From contig JAIQFH010000031.1 in NCBI GenBank assembly GCA_020073385.1, positions 10,233-74,232 of the forward strand: DNA of 64,000 nucleotides, in the 5' to 3' direction. The stretch's first letter is position 1; the number at the start of each line of letters is the position of its first letter. Below, piece by piece: positions 55,772 through 64,000 of the stretch. Position numbers and translations under genes: made by a program. This DNA comes from Terriglobia bacterium (GTDB taxonomy: Bacteria > Acidobacteriota > Terriglobia > Terriglobales > Acidobacteriaceae). The notes under the pieces were generated by a model. That model did not search any database. It worked only from the letters and a program-made list of their open reading frames with translations, and was not told the DNA's origin.

Positions 55772-56597
55772 ACTCCAGTGTCCTATCGCCGCCCAGGTCA
55801 TGCTGTTTGTGCTCACATTGCCTGCCTGGTCGCAGACGCAACGTTACGCCGTCCCGGCGGCTTCGGTCGCAGATAATTTTGCGGCCCACCGCCAGGCCCT
55901 GGACAGTGCAGCCGATTCGGCTTTGACGAATATGATGCGGGAGGCAGCAGCGAGTAGTCAGATCGTTGTAGGCGGAACCAAGACTACACCCCTGCCCAAT
56001 GCGAATGTTCTGCACCAGTTCGCGGAGCAATACTGGAACGGCAACGATCAAGCCGTCCGTCGCGCTGTTGCGAGAGTGGTGGAACTCAAACCGGTCTTAG
56101 CTCCCATCTTGCAGGATGAAGGAGTTCCAGACGAAATTGCGGCCATCGTGTTAGTGGAAAGCGGTGGGCAGCCGACCGCGCTCTCCCCCAAAGGCGCACG
56201 GGGAATCTGGCAGCTCATGCCGAACACCGCACGTCGTTTTGGTCTCACCATAAATAGTGAGACTGATGACCGACTGGACATCCTGAAATCAACGCGGGCT
56301 GCAGCGCGTTACCTCCGCGATCTGCACGAACAGTTCGGAGACTGGTCGCTCGCTCTTGCGGCATATAACGCAGGCGAGATAGTTGTGCGAAACGCCGTTT
56401 TAAGGTCTGGCAGCAAGGATTTCGCGCTTTTGAGCAGCAAGCGGCTGATTCCAGCAGAGACGAGAGCATACGTTCCTGCCGTGATGGCGGCGTCGAACTT
56501 GTTCGCCCCCAACGGCCTGCTCGGTGGCAGCCCCACCCAAATTCTTCGGAGCCAAGCGATACTGTACGCACAACCAACAAGTGGGCCTCAGCAATAA
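55764..56597 (+). CDS. Lytic transglycosylase (SLT domain), secreted
   Basis: ATG at 55764 overlaps the RND pump stop by 8 nt (ATGCATAG). 'VESGGQPTALSPKGARGIWQLMPNTARRFGL...AYNAGE'. Confidence 0.8.
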   Translation: MHRLQCPIAAQVMLFVLTLPAWSQTQRYAVPAASVADNFAAHRQALDSAADSALTNMMREAAASSQIVVGGTKTTPLPNANVLHQFAEQYWNGNDQAVRRAVARVVELKPVLAPILQDEGVPDEIAAIVLVESGGQPTALSPKGARGIWQLMPNTARRFGLTINSETDDRLDILKSTRAAARYLRDLHEQFGDWSLALAAYNAGEIVVRNAVLRSGSKDFALLSSKRLIPAETRAYVPAVMAASNLFAPNGLLGGSPTQILRSQAILYAQPTSGPQQ

Positions 56598-56670
56598 ACT
56601 CGGGGTCTTCAGCGATGCACTGAAGTTGTGTCGTTAGCGATCGCGAACAACAGCAGAGGTGGGACAACAA

Positions 56671-57090
56671 ATGGAATACCTGATTGGCTTGATCTTGTCT
56701 TTGGTTGTGGCTGGTTTCGCCATCATTGTCGGCTTTGACCGCGACCGTTCCTTTTATCCGACCGTGCTCATCATAATCGCCTCATATTATGTGTTGTTTG
56801 CTGTAATGGGAGCTTCCGGGCGGACACTCGTTATTGAAATCTTTGCGGCCAGCGGATTTCTCCTATTTGCCGTACTCGGCTTCAAAAGAAATCTTTGGTT
56901 GACTGTCGCTGCCACTGTTGGGCACGGATGTTTTGACTTCGTCCATCATTTGTTTATCGCAAATCCGGGGGTACCGCGTTGGTGGCCTGGATTCTGTTTG
57001 GCATTTGATGTGATTTTTGGAGGATCATTGGCCGTGCATCTGATGAGGCGATCTATACGTTCGCGCAACCCGGACCGGCGCACACCTTAG
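56671..57090 (+). CDS. Hypothetical integral membrane protein (~4 TM)
   Basis: 'MEYLIGLILSLVVAGFAIIVGF...YPTVLIIIASYYVLFAVMG...FAASGFLLFAVLGF'. Confidence 0.5.
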   Translation: MEYLIGLILSLVVAGFAIIVGFDRDRSFYPTVLIIIASYYVLFAVMGASGRTLVIEIFAASGFLLFAVLGFKRNLWLTVAATVGHGCFDFVHHLFIANPGVPRWWPGFCLAFDVIFGGSLAVHLMRRSIRSRNPDRRTP

Positions 57091-57146
57091 CTCAAGGCCG
57101 CCATCTCTTTTCTCATCCGCTTGTTGTACCACTGGCAGGAAAGAAA

Positions 57147-57224
57147 TGGCAGGAGCGACGGGACTCGAACCCGCGGCATCCTGCGTAACTGGCAGGCGTT
57201 CTAAACAGCTGAACTACGGCACCC
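57147..57224 (-). pseudogene. Degenerate tRNA-Asp copy (psi-tRNA)
   Basis: Aligns with tRNA-Asp 44156-44232 along its whole length. It has a 1-nt insertion and a mismatch in the acceptor, and its anticodon loop is CAGTTAC (no U33). The upstream spacer and 'ggccgtgccgtgacaagg' (57289-57306) also parallel the intact locus. Confidence 0.65.
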
Positions 57225-57490
57225 GCATACTAACGACCGTGTGCTCCTTCCGGTTCCCTCCAATACGCTTCTGTTCCCTCACGTATCATTCGGCCGTGCC
57301 GTGACAAGGAAACCAGATATCCATACGGACTCATCCCCTGTCCACTGGGTCCTTCGCACAGAATCCGTAAACCCTCAGGCTATATAAGCAGCCGTAATAA
57401 GCTCCTTTCCAAAACTCATTGGACGACAACAATCGCCCGCGTTACGGTGCTAAGAAACAGCGATGTGATGGATCGCTGTCGGAGGCGCTC

Positions 57491-57826
57491 ATGTCGCATT
57501 TGTCTCACACACACCTTCAATATCCGAAACGCCGCGTTTTTCGCGATGGGCTAGCAACTTCGAAACTCTCACTTGCTGCTCTTCTCATCCTCGTCCCCAT
57601 AGCGGCCCATGCTCAGGGGTCTCCGTTCGACAACGGTTTCACCGCACTGCAGACGCTGTTCACGGGGACCGTCGCGAAGGTTGCAAGCCTGATCGCCATC
57701 GTGATCGGTGGATACCAGTTCGCCCATGGCGAACCAGGCGGTAAGAAAGCCTTGGCTGGAGTGGCGGCCGGCACGGGAATCGCGGTGCTCGCCGCCAACG
57801 TACTGACATGGCTCTGGGGCGTCTAG
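57491..57826 (+). CDS. TrbC/VirB2 family pilin
   Basis: ATG at 57491 follows GGAGG. Signal '...LSLAALLILVPIAAHAQ', then two hydrophobic helices 'VAKVASLIAIVIGGYQFAHG...LAGVAAGTGIAVLAANVLTWLWG'. Confidence 0.7.
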   Translation: MSHLSHTHLQYPKRRVFRDGLATSKLSLAALLILVPIAAHAQGSPFDNGFTALQTLFTGTVAKVASLIAIVIGGYQFAHGEPGGKKALAGVAAGTGIAVLAANVLTWLWGV

Positions 57827-57882
57827 CTCACGATCAAACCGAGAGCGATCCCAATCACACCCAATTGAGCCGCGAGGGCATC

Positions 57883-58179
57883 ATGCAGGAAATCAATCTC
57901 AAGCGACGCAACCGAGTCTTCAAGAGCTTGCACAAGCCCCTTACGTACTTGGGCGTTGAACGCACCGTCTTCTACTTTGTGTGCGTCGGCGCGGTCGGAG
58001 TTTTCAATCTTTTCGAGAGTCTTCTTGCCGGGATTGTCGTCTTCATCGGCGGTTTCATCTTTGGTCGCTGGGCGACGAATGCTGACCCGGCGATGCTGCG
58101 AATTCTCGCCCAGAGCGAGCGCTTCAAGACGCGCTACGACGCCGCCAAGCAGGATATTCCATTGGTCGAGGTGCGATAA
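57883..58179 (+). CDS. VirB3/TrbD-like T4SS protein
   Basis: 'RVFKSLHKPLTYLGVERTVFYFVCVGAVGVFNLFESLLAGIVVFIGGFIFGRWATNADPAMLRI'. Its stop abuts the next ATG. Confidence 0.65.
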   Translation: MQEINLKRRNRVFKSLHKPLTYLGVERTVFYFVCVGAVGVFNLFESLLAGIVVFIGGFIFGRWATNADPAMLRILAQSERFKTRYDAAKQDIPLVEVR

Positions 58180-60138
58180 ATGCTCCGCCTAGATCATGTC
58201 ATTAAGCCGTGGAAGGAATCGGGAGCGCTGAACTCCCAGATAAATCTGTACGGCTTCTGGAATGAGCAAGCGTTCCTAACAAAAAGCGGGGACCTCGGAA
58301 TAGTTCTGCGAGTTCGTGGTGTCGACTACGAAAGCCTCGACCAGACGGCGCAAGAGTACGCGGTAAAGAGACTCGAAGCCGCTTTGAAGACTTTCGGGGT
58401 TGGATTTCACATATATCAATATCTGTTCAAGACGAACCGGCCTGACATTCCGTTCCGGGAATACGAAGACCCGGTCATACAGGCCGCGGTCGATCAGAGA
58501 AAGCAGTTCTTCCGCGAGAAGCTTGATCGCCTGTTCGACATCGAAATCTTCTACGCGATCGTCATCGAGGGTACCCGTTCGAGGACAGGAGTTACGGCAG
58601 CAATCTCACGCCTGGCCCACGACCCCAAGGGCAGCCTTCAAGAACTGAAAACCCAATTTTCGAATGACAAGCTGAAAGTCCTTCTGAGGGAACAAATCGA
58701 GGGTGATTTGATCAAGCTGGAACAACGCGTTAACAGCTTCGTCCGGCAACTCTCCGATTTTGTTCAGATCGACATTCTTTCGCAGAACGAATGCTTCCGG
58801 TTCCTGCGATGCCTACTGAACTATGACGACTGGCGGATTGACGGCTACCCAAGTGAAACCCAGTTTCTTGACTATCAAGTTGCGAATTCCGATATTGAGG
58901 CCGAACGAGATCATTTGCGGGTCGGCGATCACTATGTCCGTGTGCTCACAATTAAAGAGGCCATCAGCGAGACCAAACCACTCGTTTTGAGACACCTCTT
59001 GGAAATTCAGGCGAATTTTTGCGTGGTGACCGAGTGGGCACCAATTGACAACTCTGTCGCTCGGAAAGAGATCACGAAGCGCAAGCGGCACTTCAATGTC
59101 TCAAAATCGTCGTTCATTTCAACAGTGCATAGCGACGCCGCAACGGCGAATCCTCGCGATTTACTGATCGACGAGTCGAAACAGGCGGACATCGATAATC
59201 TCGGCGATTGCCTCCGTGTCCTCGGAGATGGGCAAGCACTAGGCGACTTCTCTCTCACGATCATTCTCTATGCGGACGAGAAGAAGACGTTGGATACAGT
59301 CCTCCCCGATGTCGTACGGATATTCACCAGCGCCGATGGCACCCTCTTTTCCGAGACCTACAACCAACTCAACGCCTACTTTGCCATCGTGCCCGGCAAT
59401 TACAGGCACAATCTGCGCAAACTGTTCCTGCTCAACTCGAACTATGCGGACATCTCGTTCCTGTTTACGGTGCATCCCGGCCAGACGTGGAACGGACATC
59501 TCGACCGCGAATACCTCGCGGTGCTTGAAACCGACAATGCCACACCCTACTACCTAAACCTGCATGAACGCGAGGTGGCCCACACTCTTATTCTTGGCGC
59601 AACCGGGTCTGGAAAAACCACGTTGCTAAACACGCTGGCGCAGTCGATTCCCAGCCGCGAACGCATCGTAATCATCGAGGATACGACTGAACTTGCGATC
59701 CAGAAGCCCAACGTTTTGGCCGTCGAATGCCAAACAGATACCTACAAGTCGCCGGTATCCTTCGAAGATCTTCTTAAGAGCGCTTTGCGGTGGCGCCCCG
59801 ACCGAATCATTTTGGGCGAAGTCCGGGGCACCGAAGCGCGGACACTGCTAGATTCCTTCAACACTGGACACTCCGGATCACTGGCAACAATCCACGCCAA
59901 TTCGGCGACCAAAGCGCTGCGCCGTTTCGCCAACTTGGTGATGCGCGGCCATCAGCAATCGACTATCGAAGACATCGAAGCTGAGATCGGTGAAGCGGTT
60001 GATTTCGTGATCCATATCGAGCGGCAACCGGGACGACGCGCCGTCCGCGAAGTAATCCGGCTTAACGGCTATGACCGCCAAGCCCAAAGATTTGTTTGCG
60101 AGCAGATCTTCCCGTCTGTGAATGGAGTTGCCGCATGA
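58180..60138 (+). CDS. Chimeric T4SS ATPase: VirB4/TrbE N-terminal ~470 aa joined at the Walker A motif to a VirB11/TrbB-type C-terminal ~180 aa
   Basis: N-terminus 'FLTKSGDLGIVLRVRGVDYESLDQ...' (CagE/TrbE/VirB4-like) up to 'VAHTLILGATGSGKTT'. It then reads 'LLNTLAQSIPSRERIVIIEDTTEL...RWRPDRIILGEVRGTEARTLLDSFNTGHSGSLATIHANSA' (VirB11/CpaF-like). Junction near nt 59596-59625. Confidence 0.65.
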   Translation: MLRLDHVIKPWKESGALNSQINLYGFWNEQAFLTKSGDLGIVLRVRGVDYESLDQTAQEYAVKRLEAALKTFGVGFHIYQYLFKTNRPDIPFREYEDPVIQAAVDQRKQFFREKLDRLFDIEIFYAIVIEGTRSRTGVTAAISRLAHDPKGSLQELKTQFSNDKLKVLLREQIEGDLIKLEQRVNSFVRQLSDFVQIDILSQNECFRFLRCLLNYDDWRIDGYPSETQFLDYQVANSDIEAERDHLRVGDHYVRVLTIKEAISETKPLVLRHLLEIQANFCVVTEWAPIDNSVARKEITKRKRHFNVSKSSFISTVHSDAATANPRDLLIDESKQADIDNLGDCLRVLGDGQALGDFSLTIILYADEKKTLDTVLPDVVRIFTSADGTLFSETYNQLNAYFAIVPGNYRHNLRKLFLLNSNYADISFLFTVHPGQTWNGHLDREYLAVLETDNATPYYLNLHEREVAHTLILGATGSGKTTLLNTLAQSIPSRERIVIIEDTTELAIQKPNVLAVECQTDTYKSPVSFEDLLKSALRWRPDRIILGEVRGTEARTLLDSFNTGHSGSLATIHANSATKALRRFANLVMRGHQQSTIEDIEAEIGEAVDFVIHIERQPGRRAVREVIRLNGYDRQAQRFVCEQIFPSVNGVAA

Positions 60139-60470
60139 TTCGAGTTGACGCGATCGCCGAAACAATCAAAGCGATGGTTGAGATCATGGTGAGAATTCCG
60201 CAATGCGTCCGCGTAACGCCTCAAATCTCAAATGACACTGTCGGCCGTCAGGTCACTTCTTTCGACATCGATGTTCACGACTCAGACCGCGGACGACTGA
60301 TTGGAAGAGGCGGAGCTAACATGCGCGCCTTGCGAGTGCTTCTTAACTCTGCAGCCTATGTTTGTGGAACGCGTTATCGGGTCACTTGCAACCAAGCATC
60401 AGAAGGAGCGGGCGGCATGCGCAAGCGTGCTCATGAGCGCTACAAATTCGCGCACCACGGCGACGCCTAG
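60135..60470 (+). CDS. KH-domain protein
   Basis: ATGA overlap with the upstream gene. 'DRGRLIGRGGANMRALRVLL' (GXXG KH signature). Confidence 0.55.
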   Translation: MIRVDAIAETIKAMVEIMVRIPQCVRVTPQISNDTVGRQVTSFDIDVHDSDRGRLIGRGGANMRALRVLLNSAAYVCGTRYRVTCNQASEGAGGMRKRAHERYKFAHHGDA

Positions 60471-60515
60471 CTCCGTCGCAAAAAGCAAGTCAATCGCAAC
60501 AGGGAGGAAACGATC

Positions 60516-60800
60516 ATGGCTCTTCTAGAGATCACGCAATCGCGGCAGATTACCGCCACGATCCGACTAGACGAAAAGGTTGCCGCTCAGGTGGATCAGT
60601 ATGCGGCATTCATCCACGCGCCGGCCGATGAGGTAGTGAATCACGCACTGGACTATGTGTTCAGCAAGGACCGGGAGTTTCAGGAGTACCTGAAGTCTGC
60701 TGAGGCAACTGCCGCCGCTCCGAGTCTGCGGATTCGCAGGGTACCGCAACCTGCAGAGCAGCGGGAGAAACCTGCGCGGGCAAGGAAAGCCAGTGCATAG
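60516..60800 (+). CDS. Hypothetical protein (94 aa)
   Basis: ORF only. Possibly RHH-like: 'ITATIRLDEKVAAQVDQYAAFIHAPADEVVNHALDYVF'. Confidence 0.4.
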   Translation: MALLEITQSRQITATIRLDEKVAAQVDQYAAFIHAPADEVVNHALDYVFSKDREFQEYLKSAEATAAAPSLRIRRVPQPAEQREKPARARKASA

Positions 60801-60914
60801 CCATCCGAGTTCGGGCCGGAGCGATTGGCTGTCGGCACTCAGACCGGGGCTGGGAACCTTTGCGACGCTTCGCGTCGGGAGAATTTTGACACTCCACCCC
60901 TGATAGGGAGCTGT

Positions 60915-60935
60915 TTAGGTTCCTTCGGAACCTAA
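60915..60935. promoter_or_regulatory. Perfect 9-bp inverted repeat TTAGGTTCC-TTC-GGAACCTAA; candidate oriT/operator hairpin
   Basis: Read directly. A second hairpin, CGACGC-TTC-GCGTCG, lies ~50 nt upstream. Both sit in the intergenic region before the accessory/T4CP/relaxase genes. Confidence 0.3.
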
Positions 60936-60945
60936 TGCGGTTTCT

Positions 60946-61389
60946 GTGACAACAAAGAACCTATCGAGACGCGGGAACCCGTTAGCTTCCCGTTTCCAAC
61001 GCCGAAATGAGCGCCTGATGCTACTTGATCGTTGCGAAATCGATAGGAAAAAAGGCGCGGTGCGAGGGCGGGAAAGCCGTAATCGGTCACTGAATACTAA
61101 GTTGACAGCGACCGAATTTGCGGCGGTCGAGGTGGCAGCTGCAGCGAACGGGTGTGCCTTGGGCGAGTGGGTTCGCGATGTGATCTTGCAGCAACTGCGC
61201 AGTGTATCGGCCAGCGATCCATCCCTGGCGGAGATTCTCGGGGTCCGCTTGCTCTTGGTAAACGTGTTGCGCCCTTTGGCCGCAGGCCAGACTCTCTCGC
61301 CGGAGGCGTTCGACAAACTACTCGACGAAATCAGCGAAGCGAAGCACCAACTCGCGGAGAACTTGGTTGCTTCCGCAGGAAGAAAATAG
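60946..61389 (+). CDS. Putative relaxosome accessory protein (MobC/RHH-like)
   Basis: 'LNTKLTATEFAAVEVAAAANGCALGEWVRDVILQQL' resembles MobC-type RHH proteins. Position is immediately upstream of the T4CP and relaxase genes. GTG start. Confidence 0.45.
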   Translation: MTTKNLSRRGNPLASRFQRRNERLMLLDRCEIDRKKGAVRGRESRNRSLNTKLTATEFAAVEVAAAANGCALGEWVRDVILQQLRSVSASDPSLAEILGVRLLLVNVLRPLAAGQTLSPEAFDKLLDEISEAKHQLAENLVASAGRK

Positions 61390-61392
61390 GCA

Positions 61393-63402
61393 ATGGCAAT
61401 GACAAAATGGGGCCGCAAGGAAACCGTCATCTGGCCACCCCACAGCCCGATTTACACCTATGGCGCAGTATTCATAGCGGTCGTTCTTACTGGACTATTT
61501 CTTTACTGCCGGTTCAGCTTCGGTAACACTCTCCTCCAGCGTTTCTATACGCCAATCTACATCCGATCGAGTGTTGCAAGCGCACTCGGGGTGAGCCGCA
61601 GAGACAACTACCGAATGCTCATGGTAGGCGCTCGCGGAATTCCGCCTCGACTGGCGACGAACGCCGACGTGACAGGCGGCGAGACGCTGCAGCCAGGCGG
61701 CAAGTCCATTCCGCTTGCGCTCTCACGGCACGCCTTGCAGAGCGGCTACGTTCTTCTTTACCTGGGACCGGAGCAGAGCTATACCGATGTGTCCTTGAGT
61801 GCCTACCTCAAGAGTGCGGTTTATGCCGGTGACGGTCTTCTCGACCTCTACAAGCTTCCGCTCCTTTTCGGTCTGGCATCACTGGCCATCCAGCTCCCGT
61901 TCTCTATCGCCAAGGACGTTCGACGGCGCAGGGAGCTGAGGTACGGTCGACGACTGAAAGGTCCCGAGATGATGACGCCGAAGGAGTTCAACGGCAGGGT
62001 TGCCGGAGATGGCATCGGTATCAAGACCGACGGGATGACGGCGATGATCCGGATACCGGAAAGGGCCGAGGCCCAGCACGTCCAGATCATCGGAGATACC
62101 GGCGCAGGCAAGACGGCCATCATGCTACAGATCCTTCGACAGATAAAAACTCGTGGCGATTCGGCGATTGTCTACGACCCCGCACGGGAGTTCGTCCAGC
62201 GCTTTTACGACCCGAAGAATGGTGACGTGATCCTTAATCCGCTCGATAAGCGGTGCCCTTATTGGGGGCCCGCGGAGGAACTGCGCCGCCGATCCGAGGC
62301 GAAGGCTGTGGCTGTGTCCCTGTTCCAGCCACCGCAGGACAAAAAGGGTGAGTTTTTCATCGAGTCCCCACAGAAGATATTCGCCTTCCTGATGGCCTAT
62401 GGCCCAACACCAGAGGAATTGGTGAAGTGGATGTCAGACCCGCAGGAGATCGACCGAAGGCTGAAAGGGACGGAGCATGCTCACCTGATCGACCCGAAGG
62501 CGGAACATCAGCGGGCTGGTGTTCTTGGCTCGCTTGGATTGGTCGCTGACAGCCTCCGCCTTCTCCCGAAGAAAGGCGACGGGAATGGCGAATGGTCGGC
62601 CACGGAGTGGGCCGAGACACGACAGGGATGGATCTTCATCACTTCACTCCCAGCAGAACGTGAGGCACTCCGGCCGCTCCAAAGTCTTTGGATCGACCTG
62701 CTCGTCTTGCGTCTCCTAAATGAGCCGAAGAACGGACAAAAGCGGGCATGGTTCGTGATCGACGAGTTGGCGAGCTTGCAAAAGCTCCCTCAACTGCACA
62801 CCGCGATTACGGAAAATCGAAAAAGCAGGAATCCGGTGATTCTGGGTTTCCAGGGTAAGGCCCAATTGGAATACCTTTACGGCCATTTGGCTGAAGTCAT
62901 GCTTTCCCAACCGGCAACCAGCATTTGGTTGAAGACGAAGGAGCCGAGTGCTGGCGAGTGGGTCAGCAAATTCATCGGGAAGGTCGAGATCGAACGGCTG
63001 CGCGAAACCCACTTCGATGGCTCCCGCGCTGGGCGAAACTTCGCGCTGGACCGGCAGATTGAACCGCTGGTAATGGAGTCCGAAATCTCCGGACTCCCGG
63101 ACCTCCATGCCTACATGAAGTACGAGAACTATGTGACACGCTTCTCATTCCCGTACTTCGAAATGCCGGTTGTCGCCAGTGACTTCGATCTCCGCGATAC
63201 GCCCGAGGACAAGCTCCCCTACGATCCGAAAAACATCGGAGCGCCTAAGTCCCAACCGCGCCCACTTGAGATCAAGCCGGAGCCAAATGTGCCAACGCCG
63301 CCGCAGCGAAAAGCGCCCCGGACGGCTACCGAGATACCGCAGCGGGAGACGGAACTAGAGACGAACGTAAACGCCCAACAAAGCCTCAATCTTCGGGGAT
63401 AG
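61393..63402 (+). CDS. Type IV secretion coupling protein (VirD4/TraD/TraG family)
   Basis: Two N-terminal TM helices, Walker A 'IIGDTGAGKTAIM', Walker B 'WFVIDELASLQKLPQL'. Confidence 0.85.
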   Translation: MAMTKWGRKETVIWPPHSPIYTYGAVFIAVVLTGLFLYCRFSFGNTLLQRFYTPIYIRSSVASALGVSRRDNYRMLMVGARGIPPRLATNADVTGGETLQPGGKSIPLALSRHALQSGYVLLYLGPEQSYTDVSLSAYLKSAVYAGDGLLDLYKLPLLFGLASLAIQLPFSIAKDVRRRRELRYGRRLKGPEMMTPKEFNGRVAGDGIGIKTDGMTAMIRIPERAEAQHVQIIGDTGAGKTAIMLQILRQIKTRGDSAIVYDPAREFVQRFYDPKNGDVILNPLDKRCPYWGPAEELRRRSEAKAVAVSLFQPPQDKKGEFFIESPQKIFAFLMAYGPTPEELVKWMSDPQEIDRRLKGTEHAHLIDPKAEHQRAGVLGSLGLVADSLRLLPKKGDGNGEWSATEWAETRQGWIFITSLPAEREALRPLQSLWIDLLVLRLLNEPKNGQKRAWFVIDELASLQKLPQLHTAITENRKSRNPVILGFQGKAQLEYLYGHLAEVMLSQPATSIWLKTKEPSAGEWVSKFIGKVEIERLRETHFDGSRAGRNFALDRQIEPLVMESEISGLPDLHAYMKYENYVTRFSFPYFEMPVVASDFDLRDTPEDKLPYDPKNIGAPKSQPRPLEIKPEPNVPTPPQRKAPRTATEIPQRETELETNVNAQQSLNLRG

Positions 63403-63411
63403 TAACTGCGA

Positions 63412-64000
63412 TGCTGACCATTTCCAAGCCGCTTTCCGCTGGCCAGGCACAGACCTACCACCATAGGGAATTCACCGCGAAGGAGCAGAACTATTGGTCG
63501 CAACGCGGCGTCATCGCAGGCGAATGGCAAGGGCGACTCGCCGCTCAGTTCGGTCTGGCCGGGATGGTCTCCGGAGAGGACTTCGCGACACTCAGCCAAG
63601 GCCAGCATCCACAGACGGGCGAGCAGCTGGTGCGCCAACGAGCGTCATATGAATATCAGGATGCCGACGGCAAGACCATCAAGACGATGGAGCACCGAGC
63701 CGGGTGGGATGCGACCTTTTCCGCGCCCAAATCTGTCTCGCTGACCGCGCTTGTCGGCGGCGATGAGCGTGTACGCGAAGCACATCGGGAGAGCGTAAGT
63801 GTTGCCCTCGACCAGCTCGAACACTACACGCAAGCCCGCATCGGGGGCAATCATCCACCTGAGACTACGGGCAGATTTATCGCCGCCAAGTTCGAGCACG
63901 ATACCGCCCGCCCCGTCGATGGCTACGTCGCGCCACAACTGCACACACACGCGGTTGTTTTCAATGTCACCGAGCGCGACAATGGCCAGCCGCGCGCGAT
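63412..64000 (+). CDS. MobF (TrwC/TraI-type) conjugative relaxase, N-terminal part (runs off the window)
   Basis: Absent from the ORF track because it is open at the edge. My translation: 'MLTISKPLSAGQAQTYHHREF...NYWSQRGVIAGEWQGRLAAQFGLAG...HRAGWDATFSAPKSVSLTAL...FEHDTARPVDGYVAPQLHTHAVVFNVT'. Confidence 0.8.

Larger units (their letters stand above)
44233..57224. mobile_element. Metal-resistance module bracketed by tRNA-Asp and a degenerate tRNA-Asp copy (possibly cargo of the adjoining conjugative element)
   Basis: Both flanks carry tRNA-Asp-derived units. Content is a coherent copper/heavy-metal set. No mobility gene lies inside. Confidence 0.4.
57225..64000 (+). mobile_element. Conjugative (ICE/T4SS) module, incomplete in the window and apparently internally deleted
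   Basis: VirB2, VirB3, VirB4::VirB11, KH protein, accessory proteins, T4CP and MobF relaxase, all on the plus strand. No VirB6/8/9/10 equivalents. Confidence 0.65.

Noticed and set aside
1-64000. Looked for CRISPR arrays, rRNA, IS elements/transposases, toxin-antitoxin pairs and known defence-system ATPases or nucleases.
   Set aside because: I found no regularly spaced repeats, no rRNA-like sequence, no transposase or DDE motifs and no TA-sized gene pairs. The only P-loop proteins are the T4SS ATPases, the T4CP and the P-type ATPase.

Overview
High-GC bacterial chromosomal segment. Its gene content suggests Acidobacteriota (Terriglobia-like): a >1200-aa CarboxypepD_reg-type TonB receptor, CRTAC1/ASPIC-UnbV proteins and many TPR proteins. 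That attribution is inference only. The window reads as four blocks. (1) 1-17.6 kb is ordinary core: a TonB-receptor/TPR/DUF1501 operon, then a LacI-linked carbohydrate cluster (TPR, two CRTAC1-like proteins, Zn-ADH, SDR, GH97). (2) 17.6-25.7 kb is a decayed tract where intact genes (haloperoxidase-type hydrolase, cupin, DUF2934, NDH-2) sit among frameshifted, nonsense-interrupted or truncated relics. (3) 25.7-44.2 kb is an ~18.5 kb island. An intact tRNA-Asp(GTC) bounds one end. A tRNA-Asp 3' half fused to a ~118-bp direct repeat bounds the other, and that repeat recurs just beyond the intact tRNA. All island genes are co-directional on the minus strand: cupin, SARP/BTAD regulator, small orphan, TatA-like protein, OM beta-barrel, then five translationally coupled giant ORFs (about 650/1146/904/1449/550 aa). 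Apart from a degenerate M64-like fold and a twin-arginine signal I recognise no domains in the five, and I found no NTPase motif. This operon is my candidate for the undescribed system. (4) 44.3-57.2 kb is a copper/heavy-metal resistance module (CopB-type P-type ATPase, YHS protein, Cus-like CBA efflux with a NosL-like insert). It ends at a degenerate second tRNA-Asp copy. A truncated conjugative module follows to the window end (VirB2, VirB3, an apparent VirB4::VirB11 chimera, T4CP, MobF relaxase). No integrase, CRISPR array or rRNA was seen. All family assignments come from reading the translations and recalling motifs; no searches were run.
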